64,000 nucleotides of DNA from assembly GCF_030028105.1 (NCBI RefSeq), contig NC_092395.1:43304459-43368458 (forward strand), read 5' to 3'. Positions 37,401 to 49,617 of this stretch are shown here, in pieces. A model generated the notes under the pieces. That model worked only from the letters and a program-made list of their open reading frames with translations. It did no database searches and was not told the DNA's origin. The position numbers were made by a program, and so were the translations under genes. Every line of letters begins with the position of its first letter. The stretch's first letter is position 1. Source of the DNA: Mobula birostris (Eukaryota).

Positions 37401-38976
37401 AATGCCAAGAACTCCAGCTTGTGAGTGGGATAGTTTCTCTCAGATGGCGACAAGCTCCGACTGACAAACGCCACTGGCCTCAATCCGTTTCCCTGTTCCT
37501 GGTACAGAACAGCCCCAAGACCCTCGTGACTGGCATCAGTGTGTAGAACATACGGCTTCCGGGGATCAGCAAAAGCCAACACTGGGGCCTGTGTCAGCGC
37601 CCTTTTTAGAGATTGGAACGCCTCCTCACATTGAGCATCCCACCTCACTCCAAAAGGCTCCCCCGGGTTCAAGTATCCTCCTACCTCCGACCCTCGGTCT
37701 CCCTTCCTCCTCCTCCCCCCCATAGGTGGATAGCCACACAACAGCTGGTTCAATGGATGACTCATTTTCGCATATCCTTTCACGAATCGCCGGTAATATC
37801 CGCAAAACCCCAAAAACGAGCGTAAGGCGCTCACCTTCTGAGGTCTCGGCCAGGTGGTGACTGCGGCTATCTTATCCGGATCGGTGGCCACTCCATTTCG
37901 CGAGATTATGTGCCCAACATAACTGACTGACGTCTTACAGAACTGGCATTTATCCAGGGAAAGTTTTAACCCTTCCTCTTTCAGCCGACTCAGCACCTTC
38001 AGCAGCCGCTCCTCATGTTCCTCCAACGTAGATCCGAACACTATCAGGTCGCTGGTAATTCTAAAGCCATGACGTCGGCACTCGCCCGCACCAACATCCA
38101 GCAAGCCTCCAGTTCTTTCCCACCCCTTCTAGCTACAAGTTCTACCTGCCCGATACCTTTAATCAAACTCAACCCTCGCACCAGTACCTCTGCCGGAATG
38201 CGATAATCGACCCCGCTTACCACACACGCATGATTCACCGGTACCTCCTCCATTTCACACCAACTTACAATCTTATCTCGCTCCATCTTCACACCACTTA
38301 CCGCAACCACAAGTACAACTTTCCCGAAAAAAAAATCCAAATCCCGGACGGTAGCCCCCACTTGTAACGTTCCGTTATTTTGGCTCGTGTATGTCTAGGG
38401 GAAATCCCGCCCAGCACCTGCTTCAACAGTCCCCTCAGGGTCAATCGTCGCCCGAATCAATCACAAACATCAATCATCAGCCAGCACACCCAGTAAATTT
38501 TAACACATACACTTTATAGATATTACTAATTCTAGGGCATTAATATACATGTGATACAGAGAGGAAAGTAATGAAAAAAAAAAGGCGCCAACACTTATTC
38601 AAAGTCCAAGTTCTTCGCGCGCTACCGTTGGAGCTCAAGTTCGACGTCAGACGACCACCCGAATTCCGTCGACCCACGGCTCGGGACCACCCGAAGTGAT
38701 CGACCGGAGCCTCTCCGCACGTCCGCCGTCCTCCTCGTCTCTCCTCCCGACTCCCCGCCAAAACTCAGTCCACAGTCATATCATACAGCATGGCATCCGA
38801 AAACAAAACGATACATAACCACCCATTGGCTAATAGCACCCTCTTATCACCCTCTAAACCACAATAAACTGCTAGCGCAAACTCTCTGCAGCGTTAAAAC
38901 ACAACAAAGCCGCATTCCACAGATTAACATAACAAAAATCGCCATTTTAAATGTAACAAAAGAAAGACCCCGTACA
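34481..38976 (-). mobile_element. Element C: very young, internally deleted Ty3/Gypsy inserted in B
   Basis: LTRs 34481-35094 and 38363-38976 (614 bp, no difference found by eye); TG..CA termini; TSD GTGG; PBS 38339-38360; PPT 35095-35108. Confidence 0.95.
35117..38104 (-). CDS. Truncated Gypsy pol: RT C-half, RNase H, integrase (995-codon ORF)
   Basis: DLIVFG (YXDD motif cut), LRSFLGFCGYYRRFV, TDASHEGLGAVL, HHCC zinc finger, IHSDQGRDFE, QPERFNRTL. Confidence 0.85.
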   Translation of the reverse strand: MLDVGAGECRRHGFRITSDLIVFGSTLEEHEERLLKVLSRLKEEGLKLSLDKCQFCKTSVSYVGHIISRNGVATDPDKIAAVTTWPRPQKVSALRSFLGFCGYYRRFVKGYAKMSHPLNQLLCGYPPMGGRRRKGDRGSEVGGYLNPGEPFGVRWDAQCEEAFQSLKRALTQAPVLAFADPRKPYVLHTDASHEGLGAVLYQEQGNGLRPVAFVSRSLSPSERNYPTHKLEFLALKWAVVDKLSDYLYGAQFEVRTDNNPLTYILTSAKLDATGHRWVAALSAYEFSLKYRPGSRNIDADALSRRAHDESGTAEEWKSVPAQGVKAMCQVGSDGEVGAQMGTDRAVDQLGADGDALPTGYCNVTALRNRQLPELSHQEVQAAQRDDPSLGTIWYAVSQGDMGQVEKAKHASVPLLLKEWPRLKLKNHVLYRVTSPPDHPRRWQLVMPEKYRKAVLQALHDDSGHLGVEKTYGLVKDRFYWPRMRGEVEEYCKTCSRCVRRKTLPAQAAPLSHLQSAGPMDLVCMDFLSIEPDTSNTADVLVLTDHYTRYAQAFPTKDQKATTVAKVLWEKYFVHYGLPRRIHSDQGRDFESRLIHELLDMLGVEKSRTTPYHPQGDPQPERFNRTLLDMLGTMEIGRKSKWSQHIAHLVHCYNCTRNDATGYSPYYLMFGREARLPIDLCFGTEAGEIPSKPCLKYVSDMRRELKRAYELAEAAATKQNQRNKRRYDQKVKFVQLLPGDRVLIRNLGLQGKHKLADRWAATPYVVESQMPNLPVYRVRPEGGQGPVKVLHRNHLLPLGREVKMDLESEWEFTPSTRTLRGRGAREEAAAKKTGPVPTSRRDTSSEDDDSDVWYLLPFADSPVPGEETLGPSITESGGPREGVAEPPVLQPALGEERVEAEPEPEGSPGQRDPGEGEGPTDRLEGSPGVSEQGESTEEVLRPQRSRHPPERLTYIAPGEQGVISTALQSYVTALCTWVGFCVLQGVLVNSVNVMRA

Positions 38977-40999
38977 GTGGCCAAAAACACTGATGAACTG
39001 CGATCAATGTAACCTCTCATTTGGTTTTGTCCCAGACCACAATAACAAGGGTCGTCCCATTCCGACTTAGTTTTCTCTCGCAAGGGCTTAGTAGGAGGGG
39101 GAGGGGTAGTAACCGCAGAGTTATTGCAAAACTTTCTACAGTACCCCACCATCTCCAAGAGCCTTCTGAGGGCCTTCTTGTCTGTTGGGGTTCAGATGTC
39201 AGAGATAGCCCGCACTGTAGCTTGCATCGCTGCCAGCTGCCCCTGTGTCACCACAATTCCCAGCTAAGTGACCTTGGTGTGGCCGAACTCATTTTTTTCA
39301 AGGTTCACTATCAAGCTGGCTTCAGGCAGCTGTATTGCATCCGTTACTCTCTCCTGTCCCTTCATTAACATCTCCAAATGCTGCTCCATTGTTTTCCTTA
39401 TCTCTCTCTCTCCTGGAGACAGGTGGCAGACCAACTGCTGATCCCACCGGTGCCAGCACAGGACACATACATCTTAATCTATGTGTATTCTTGTCACAGA
39501 GCCTACTCTCAAAATTCTGTCATGAGATCTATCGAGCTTCCCTTTCCACCAAAAACATTTTCTAGTGCTTGCATGTAGTCCACAGAAGTAGCAAAGGAGT
39601 TCTGTGTGTTTGAGGATCTCACTACGTCAGCAGCCAGCCCCCTCAAACTCTCTGCCAACTGTCTTTTTACATCATCAGAGTTCTGCCGCTCATCCAGCAT
39701 CTGAGAGGTCTGTTCCACCCAGTTCTCATGCTCCTCTTTGCCTTTAGGGGTGGACTTCATTCCCAAAAATATTCTCAGCCTATGATAGCTGGGGCTTTGG
39801 ACCTGGGCATTTTGACATTTACTCACCAGGGAGGTAAGAACCATTACCAACTCAAAATGCTCAGCCCTCGCTAGAGGACTCATTAGACCTCCCATATCAG
39901 ACCACTCCTTCCCCTCACTCAACAGAAATGAGAGCAACTTTTCTTTAATGTCTCTGTCCCCAGCTATGGAAAATTCTGCTTCCAATTCATCACGCTCGAC
40001 TTCACTCCCTTCCTCCTGGAAAGTATAGACAGCTCATGGCCCCCCTTCTCTCCCAGGGTCCCAATATTACCAGGCAGTTCCACTGCGTTACGTCAATGCT
40101 AGTCTGAACTAAAACAAAATCTTCGCCTGCCATTTTGTCAAATCTCTGCTCCATGATTGTAATTGTTCCTAATGCTTTACTGATACTTGAAGTCCAAATT
40201 AACAATTCATTGGAACTATGAATGTCTATCCCACTCAATACACATGAATTCATTACCAGTAACCCCGTGGATTCGCACCACCACTCAACCACTGCAGCAT
40301 TCACAATGACGTATCTTAATCATTTTACCGGACAACAGTTTGACACAGACTTAAACACACAACCCACTGGATCAATGCTCAGGGCAATCACACAGCATCC
40401 AACAAAATTGATCCGGGACGATATCCCCAACACTGAAACCCCGCTGGTTTCCTTGGCTGTGTACGTCTAGGTAAACAACAGACAGTACACTGCATACGAT
40501 TAAAGAAATTATACTTATAAATCTTAACAGAAGGGCTTGTAAAGAAAAGAAAGGAAAAACAAAAATGGCCCATTATAATTAAACAGTCAAATGTGCACCA
40601 GTTGGAGCTCAATTCACTGATCCTCAGTCAATCTCGCCGCCTGGCTCCATCGAATCACGATCTCTTCATTGGGCCTTATCCTTTGACGGGTTCTCTCCAG
40701 CACCTTCTCTCTTCATCTCTCGCCAAACAAAAGACCCTGCTCACATTCCAAACCATCCGTTATCTCTAACCATAACCCAAACACTGCTTCTATAGAAAGA
40801 CCATTACGTTAGCAGTGAAACCCTTCCCAGGGAGTTGCAAAAATAAAAGCAACAATTTGGCTGTAATCGGCACATCACAATCAGGATCAGAATCAAATCA
40901 GATTTATTATCACTGACAGATCCAATACCCGTAACCTGTGAATCTCTGATTTGTAACAAGATTCTCTTTAAATTTGAATACAATAATATGCAAGACTGG

Positions 41000-41560
41000 C
41001 TGTTATTAGCAGTTCTTCATGAGATAAACTGTGCAAAACATTGATGGTGACAAAAGAAAAGATCGTGATGAGGTGGTGTACGGGAGCAAGGTAGATAAGC
41101 TGACCGAGAGATATTGCAACAATAACTTTGCACTTAATGTCAGTAGGACCAAGGAGTTGATTCTGGACTGTAGGAAGGGGAAATCAAGGAAAAACACACC
41201 AGTCCTCAAGGGATCAGCATTGGAAAGGGCGAGCAGTTTCATTCAAAAGATGATAACTCAGACAGATGGCATCTATCATTAAGGACCCACCAACCAGAAC
41301 ATATCCCCTTCTCATTGTTACTATCAAGGAGGCGGTGCAGGAGACTGAACACAGACACTCAATGTTTCAGGGACTGCTTCTTCCCTTCTGCCAGCAGATT
41401 TCTGAATGGACAATGAATCCATGATCACAACCACAGTATATTTTCCCTCTCTTTTTGCACAACTTATTTAATTAAATCTTTTACATATATACACACCTCA
41501 TTATAATTTGTAGATTTTTATTATTATGGATTGCAACATGGTGCTGCTGCAAAACACCAA
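41000..41560 (+). mobile_element. Rex1-type 3' fragment
   Basis: CNNNFALNVSRTKELILD..RKG and 3' UTR. Confidence 0.6.
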
Positions 41561-42689
41561 ATTTCACGACGTATGCCAGTGATGTTAAACATGACTCCGA
41601 TTCTGAGATATTCCCCTCTTACTGAGAATACTGAGGCAAAATGTTTAACATGCAGACTTCTGTAAATACGAGTGAATACTTCAGTTATTGTTTAGACAAT
41701 ATTACTGTTTGTTTCCGGTGTTCCAACCATAAATGATCCTGCTTCACTCTATAGAGACTGATATTTTCAATAGTACTAATACATTAATATAACTTGACTA
41801 TAATATTCCAACTTGTTATCAATGAACTGCCAAATTTTAAGAACCTACATTTCAGTCATTGATAAAATTTAAACTACATTTCCAGATTGTTGGACTAATA
41901 CGAGTACTTTGAAAGCCAACTGCACTCATTTCAATACAGAAAGGTGATCAGGTGAAGAAAGGCTGCAGCAAGTTGGGCCTGCGTCAATCAGTTAACACTA
42001 TCACACATCAGTTTCATCAAATTGGAAAAAATCTTATGAATGGAGGAGGTCTGTAATGTAACACAATGAGAAAAACATCCATGGAAAAATTGATTTTATT
42101 GAGCTGTGTTAATGTGGGAGATACAAATCATTTTAATGATTACATCTCTGAATAAAAATTGCCTCGCTATTTAAAAAAACAGTTTTGGTGCAGTTCAGAT
42201 CAGCTGCTGCCTGAGTATGAAAATAACGAACATCTGTGGCCCCAGCAGGAAATGAGCTGTTATTTAAGGAGAGGGACAGCCCAGAACGTTTACATTTGCC
42301 TTTTCTACTATATTATCCAAATATCATTTTCTGTTCTCCCTGATATTATTGTGAGTATCTGTCAAACACTTGACATTTAAAGGGACATTATCTCTGGTGC
42401 ACTCCTTGAGTCATGGCAGTGAGGACAAGAATTGTTTCAGAATTTGTGCCTTGTTTGTTTTCAGAGTTGCTTCACTCCACAGATTTATGTACTGAATTCC
42501 TGGGGAAGGAAATGTTAAAGATGGTTTAACTGTGTGACAGTGAGTTCACCCCCATTACATTGGCAAATCTTGTTTTCCTTTCCTTTGAAATCAGCGGAAT
42601 ATAGAAATGAAGAGAGTTGGAGAATATGGCTTCTGCTCACTGCCAGCTAATTTACATCCAGTTGGTGATCACTTCTACCATTACAATCA

Positions 42690-43260
42690 TTGACAGAAGC
42701 ATCCGCCACCAGTGGACTCGTGAGTTGAGTTTAAATATGTTTCTCCCTGCTGTTGTTCATTCATTGTCTGTGGCAGTCTCAGTCTGGAAGCCCTGTTTTT
42801 CAGGGCTTGGCCAACTCGGTCTGTGATAGTGCAACCAAACCACTCTTGGTGATGGCCACTGAAGTCCCAGGGAACTCTCTGTGTCTGTGCTTCTCTCGGT
42901 ACTTTCTCTGTGTTGCTCAACATGGGCAACATCCATTTATCAATGGAGGGAGGCCAGGAGATTGTAATCAGGAGGAGATCTCCCTGTGCATGTTTCACCT
43001 GATGCTGTGAGCCTGCTCTCTGCCTGGATTCAATGCTCAGGACATCAAGGGATCCTTTCCCCTGCCAGTACACCACAGTGCCCCCACCTCCAGAGAGTCT
43101 TTTGGGACAGGACATACCCAGAATGGCGTGGGTGGAGTTGGCATATTGTCTGTACTGCTCTTGTCTATAATTGGAGCCATACTTTGCGGAAAGGAATGTC
43201 AAGCATCCCAGAATCAGGACATCACCACAGGATGTTGGATTTCCAGCATTTAAAGAATAT
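42690..43260 (-). mobile_element. CR1/L2-like APE endonuclease fragment
   Basis: GGGTVVY...QVKHAQGDLLLIT..PPS...WDFSGHHQEWFG..TDR. Confidence 0.65.
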
Positions 43261-44619
43261 TTCATGTTCAACATAATGGGAAAAGTTTCTCAGGGCAATG
43301 TCATCATCCCAATTGTTTCATCGCTGACATCCTCCTATTATAAAGTCAGCAGTGGGATTTTCACAGACATTTGCAGAGTGTTCAGTTCCACTTGTAACCC
43401 CTCAGCTAATGCTTCAGTCCCAGCCTGTATGCCATCTAGATGTTGACAACATTCAGTCATGGGCTGATAAGTGACAAGTGATATTTGCACTTATTGTGTC
43501 AGCCAATGACTATCCCCAAGAACAGCAAATCTGAATACCTTGCATTGACATTCAATGACATTAACATTGCTAAAGCCTTCACCACTAGTATCCCGAGAGT
43601 TCACATTGACAGAAAAATGATGGGGGCTATTTAACTAAATACTATACCCCCAGGTTTGGGTGAAAGGCTGGATATGCTGTGGTGGGAGATTCACCTCCTG
43701 TCATCAGAAGATATTTTTTCTTTCATACATTCCATAAGCCAGCGTTTTGATGGAATATTCTCCACTGACTTGGATGAGTGCAGTCCCAGCGACTCTTAAG
43801 AAGCTCTGCATCATCCTGTCACAGCAGCTTTCCTGATTAGTACCTCCAAAATCAACCAGAATATCCATTCACTGCACTGATGCCATTGGTAGCAGCTGTG
43901 TGGAAAATCTAGAAGATGCACTCAGTTATTCACCCACCTCCTCTGAAGCACCTCTCAAACCAGCAGCTGGACCACCTGGAGGGACAAGTACGGCAGCTGC
44001 AGATGAACAGCGCCACCTGCAGGCTCTCCTCCAACTTACAAACCATCCAGACCTAGAAATGTGTCACTGGTCCACCAGCTATATTCAGCAACATTCTCTC
44101 TGACGTCACTGTGGGAGCATCTTCCCCCAGACAGCAGCAGTGCAAGAGTACAGTTCATCACCAATCTCTCATGGGAGGAGCAACGGATACTGGGCCTGCC
44201 AGTGATGCCCTCTACTTAGTCTAATTTGAACATTTACTGAATCATAGTGTAATTCAGTTATAGATATTATGTTATTGCAGCAAGGTTGTTGCACATTGGT
44301 TTGGATGTAGCAGCAGAAAGAGGCAGGTTTTAAGAATGGGCATATTTTTCACAACTCTTGAGATGAAAAGCTGAACTGCTTCCTGAATTCACTCACCTGC
44401 TCTGAAGCACCTCTCAAACCAGCAGCAAGACCATCCAGAGGGACAAGTACAGCAGACCAGATGAACATCACCATCTTTAGGCTCTTCTCCAACTTGCAAA
44501 CCATCTAGACCTGGAAATATATCATTGTTCTGCCACAGAAATTCTGGAACATTCATGTGATCAAAAGTTGAACTGCTTTCTGAATTGCAATTGGTTTACG
44601 ATTATCACAAGTACTGAAC

Positions 44620-45640
44620 TATCATTATACAGTGTATTGAGGAAGCACAAGGAAATACAATAACGGAATGCACAGTAAAGTGTAGCAGCTGCAGAGAAAG
44701 TGCAGTGCAGGGAGACAATAAGGTGAAAGGTCAGAATGAGGTGGATTGTAAGGTCAGGAATCTATCTCATTGTACTAGGGAATCATTCAACAGTCTTATA
44801 ACAGCAGGTTGAAGGTATCCCTGAATCTGGTGGTATATGCTTTTAGGCTTTTTCTGTTTAGTCTGATGATGGTAAAGGTATTTGATTATGCTGGCTGCTT
44901 TACTTTGGTAGCAAAACTTATAGACAGAATCTATGGAGGAGAAGATAATTTTCTTGATCTGCTGAGATGCGTCCACAACTCTGTCACAGGACAGGATCCT
45001 GTGCACCACCCCCATCTTGAAGAAATTGACCAGATAATTCGATTGGTTGACATTGAGAGGAAGGTTGTTGTCATCACTCCATGTTACTAAGCTCTCTATC
45101 TTCTTCCTGTATTCTGATTCAATGTTCTTTGTGTTATGCCCACCAAGGTGGTACCATCTGCAAACTTGTAGATGGTGTTAGAGCAGAGTTTGGTTCCACA
45201 GTCATGACTGTAGATAAATCTCAAGGTTGTTTGTGGTATACATAGTTTGGTAATAAATTTACTTTGAACTTTGACTGTGGAGGGAGTAGAGTAGGTGGTC
45301 AAGTACTGAATCCTGTGGAACACCAGAGTTGAAAGTACTCATGACAGAGATACTGCTGCCTTGCCTTACTGATTGTGGTCTGTTCATCAGGAAGTTAAGC
45401 TTCCTGTTGTGGAAAGAGGTCTTGACTCCCTGGTCTTGGAATTTTCTGATTAATTTGCCTGGGATTACAGTATTGAAGCTGGGGCTGTAGTCAATAAACA
45501 ATAGACTGAAAAAGGTACCTTTACTTTCCAGGTGCTGCAGAGGTGACTATTGAGTCAGGGAGCTGGCATCCACCACAGGGGAATTGCAGTGGATTGAGGT
45601 TGCCTGGGAGGCTGGAGATAATGTGTGCCATTATGTGAGG
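44620..45640 (-). mobile_element. Degenerate Rex1 fragments
   Basis: FIDYSPSFNTVIP, SGVPQDSVL, YKFADGTTLVG, KAASIIK. Confidence 0.65.
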
Positions 45641-47039
45641 CAAGTGGAGTTTACAAGGTCGATGGCGCCTAATGGCGACTCCTTTGCTTGCATCTTCGAA
45701 ACAGCTCTAGTTCTATCTTTAGTATCTCTTTTTTCCCCCTTTTCAGGGTTCTTTTGAAGACCCTGACCTGGAGTTGCACACAAACTTCGGTTCTTTGCGG
45801 GAACAGGACCTGCTCTCGGGGTCTCACGAGTGGCTGCCTTTTGATAGCCAATGACGCAGCCCAGGTGACTCGCACGCTTTCAGGGCGCCAAATTTTCATG
45901 GCTCTGGAGGTGGGCGGACTCGAGGTCGGTGATGGCGCCTGGTGCATCGTGGGAGATGGAAGGTCGAAAGCATTGAGCTGACTGCTGGCTCTGTGCCCAG
46001 AGACCTGAGTTCTTTGACTTGCTTTGTTATGTCTCCCCTCTCACTGTGAAATGGGAACATCTCTTTTTCCTTTATTAGGGAGAGAGAGAACCTGTGTTAT
46101 CTCAGATACTGGGTGAAACGAGTAGCCTTTGGGTAGTGCATGTCTGTGTCTTTATTGATGCTTTGCTGCAGGCTTGAGTGCTCGGTGGGTAGTGCTGATG
46201 CTTTTTTGCTGGTGGAGGAGGGGGAAGGTTTGTGCCTGGGAGAGAGGAGATTGGGGTGGCTTTGTGGTTCAAACATTTTACTGTCATTCATTCTTTGGGA
46301 CACTCCTCTGTTTTCATGGATGTTTGGGAAGAAAAAGAATTTCAGGATGTATGCTGTATACATTTCTCTGACATTAAGTGGACCTATTGAAACCTATCAC
46401 CAGCCTTCCAAAATGTTGAAATCCGGAAGACATCCATGTTGGAGATAGGAACAATGTGTGATAAGACCACCTTTCTCCTATTGTCCTGTCAGATGTTCTT
46501 GGTACATGACAAAGAACTGCAGGAGGACAATGATACAACATGGGATTATATAACAAGTGTGAATGGGATAAGGTGATTGGACCATATTTCACAGGATAGA
46601 TTCGAACCAGATGCAGTTTCCTCTGTGCTGGTGAAAAAAATGGAGAGCGCTACCCCTGTGTGTGGTTAATTAGCACCTGGGTCTCTGGGATGGAAGAAGG
46701 TTCTTGGTGAAAAATGTTGAGTGTTTATTCATTTCCAAACATGTTGTGTGGCCTGTTTATTTCCTCCAGCATTTTGTGAGTGTTGCACTGCAAGTCAGCA
46801 TGTCCTGTTATGAGCTACGTGCTCATTATATCAGGTGGTTGATTGAGACCTGTGTCCGTAGAAAAGGAAAGCAAGTGAAGCATTTGGCTGGATCACTACA
46901 AAAATATTTCTGAGGATCTGGAAGGGAAAGTCTGCCCAACCCAAGGAATGAAGGACAGTGTATGAGGCACTGGATCAACAAGCATTGAGTATGTTGGAGG
47001 TTATTTTCTGGGATGAGTGAGTTGCTTTGCCCCAAACAG

Positions 47040-47730
47040 AAAAAGAAATTTAAGAAAACAAGATGTTGGGAGAATTCAGCAGGTAAGGCAGCATCTGTGG
47101 AGGGAGGTGGACGGTAGATATTTTGGGTTGGGCCCATTCATCTAGACTGAAAGATAAGAGGGCAGATATCCATCTGAAGGGAAGGTTGGAGCAACTGGTG
47201 GCAATTGATAAATAGATCAATGTTAAGGGTGGGGGTGACAGGTAGACTGAGAAGTGGAAGGTGGAAATGATGACAAAGCTTGGAGGTGATAGTTGGAGGG
47301 AACAAGGTCTGAAGATGATGAAATCTGATAGGAGGGGACATTGGGTAATGGAACCAAGTGAGGAAAATGGAAATGTTGAGGGATGGGAGACCCTGTGGAA
47401 GGAATGTGTGGGTGATGGCAAGATGTAGTGGGTAAAGGAAGGGACAGAAATTAGGTGATAGGAGTTGGAGAGCATGTAGGAAAAAATGGGTAGACCAGGA
47501 GGAAACAAAAAAAGAAGGGAGGGAAAATAGTTTACTGGAAATTACAGAATTCAGTTCTCATGTCATTAGGCTGTCGTCTACCCTGGTGGCATAGAAGGTG
47601 ATAAAGTGATGATCCTCTGGTTTGCGTTTTGCCTCACCCTGGAAGATGACGGGACTGAGCACTGACATGTCAGTGTAAGATCAGGCCGGACAATTAAATG
47701 GCTGGTAACCGGGTGCTCTAGATGGTCATG
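47040..47730 (-). mobile_element. Penelope-like 3' fragment (GIY-YIG tail plus pyrimidine-rich UTR)
   Basis: Decayed RxEEQHLIF.LG.LQP.GMN-type sequence followed by the terminal repeat. Confidence 0.5.
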
Positions 47731-49617
47731 GCAGATGGAACACAGGTGCTCAGCAAAGTAGTCACCTAGGTCTCACCAATGTAGGAGAGGCCACATTGGG
47801 AGAATCAGATGCAATAAGCATGGCTGGAGGCTTTGTATGTGAATTTTTGCATTTGCATGCCTCACTGGGAAGCAGACATCTGACCGGGAAATCTACCTCC
47901 ATCAGCAAGTCTATCAATTCCCTCTCAGCTCCCCCATTTCCCAATATTTATATTCCAAGAGAAATTCACTTTGGTCCATAAATCAATTTGAGAGGATCAA
48001 AGTTTTAGGACATGAACTCTGTGAACAAATTAAAATATAATTCATAAATTTTCAACTTGGGTCTTCCTTGAATATTTAAAATTTATTCCAGGGATTTGGG
48101 CATCACTGGCAAGGCCAAAATCAATTGCCAATCCCTTAAGGGAGTGGTGGCGAACCATGGACTGGACTCGCTGCTATCCTTCTGAGGAAAGTGCTCTCAC
48201 AATGACGTCGGGAAGGGTGTTTCGGAAGGTCAATTGAAAGACTGGTGATACATACAGACCAGAATGCCAGTTTGAGAGGGGGCCTGAGTAGGTGGTGATC
48301 TTCTGCATCGTTTGCATTCGTCCTTCCTGGTGACCTGGACCTTTTGTCAATGTTGAATGTCGTACCTCATTTCAGATGTTTATAACTGATCAATCCCTCA
48401 TACCTGTTCTTGAGTGATTTAACTATTAAAAATTCAATAATACATTAAACTTGCAAAATGCATGATCATTGTAATATCCAGTCTGCTGGGAAAGGACTAT
48501 TCTGAAAAAGGAAGAGAATATTTCAAATAGTCCCAAATTGTTCCCCAAAGTACCAGTTCTGAATCAATGATATTCAATAAGTGTGAATCTTGCACCTGGA
48601 TTCAGTGACCCTCACATTGCATATTGTATTGGCCAGAACTGCAAAAAGTTTGTAATAATCATGCCATTAATTATTTCAAACATACTTCAGAAAATAAAGT
48701 AAGGAAACAGATAAGAGAGAACAAAGACAACCCCGTTATCAATAATTTTATGAAGAACCTTGAGAATAACAGTAAATCATAAATACCTTTAAGCTCTACA
48801 GTGTAATTACTTTTTCACACTCAGGCCAAAGAAAACAGGCAGAGCCATGAGTAGGCAGAACTTAAAGAGCTCTCTTCTTCACCGATCTTATTCACATGGT
48901 TACGTGGCCTCCTCAAATATATGATGTCCTCTAATGCAACTTCCTATTTAATTACACGGAAACTTTCTTTGAGTCCTGTTGAATTTCTCGTGGTAAAATT
49001 AGGATTAACTCAATTCCTTGAAGTACAGATGATCAGTCAATGGCCCTTTTATTCTTTCTCTCTGTCTCTATCGAGATTACCGGATAGTATGTTCCCTCCC
49101 GGGTGCCGGGGTCTGGGATCTCTCAGATTGAGTCTTCAGAATTCTTAACCAGGAGGGTGAACAACCAGAAGTCATGGTCCATCTCATGGGTAGGTTGAGT
49201 GACAAGTTTCTGCATAGGGACATCAGGGAGCTACATGCTAAATTAAAGGACAGGACTTCATTGGTTGTGATCTCAGGATTGCTACCAGTGCCATGTGCTG
49301 GTGAGGCTAGAAAGAGGAAGATTATACAGTTTAGTACATAGCTAAGGATTTGGTGTATGAGGGAGGGCAGAAGATTTCTGGATCATTGTGTTCTGTTCCA
49401 GGGAAAGTGGGAGCTGTACAGAAAGGAGGGTTTGCGCCAGAACTGGAGAGGGACTAATATCCTAGTGGGAAGATTTGTTAATGCTGCACGGTGCGGTTTA
49501 AACTAGAATTGCAGGGGGATGGGAATCAGAGTACCAGAACAGTTAGTGGAGAGGTTGTGGAGGCAGATGTTGATAAGACCTCGGACAAAGTTAGGAATCA
49601 AAAGGTTGCGCATGGTG

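Larger units (their letters stand above)
33398..39498 (-). mobile_element. Element B: deleted Gmr1-like LTR element inserted in A
   Basis: TSD GAGC (33394-33397 and 39499-39502); full LTR 33398-34257 plus PPT; RNase H end next to the PPT; RT remnant 38981-39335; only about 150 bp of the other LTR remains. Confidence 0.85.
31610..40839 (-). mobile_element. Element A: old, internally deleted Gypsy (PNMA-like gag joined to integrase), host of B and C
   Basis: Related diverged LTRs at about 31610-32151 and 40430-40839; PPT at 32152; PBS remnant 40411-40430; gag 39509-40304; IN (SRTTPYH.QGDPQPEWFNQTLL) 32770-33397; no TSD found. Confidence 0.75.

Noticed and set aside
45655-46400. GC-rich interspersed-repeat-like block (similar character at 54165-54440)
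   Set aside because: Probably an unclassified repeat; no class-defining feature seen
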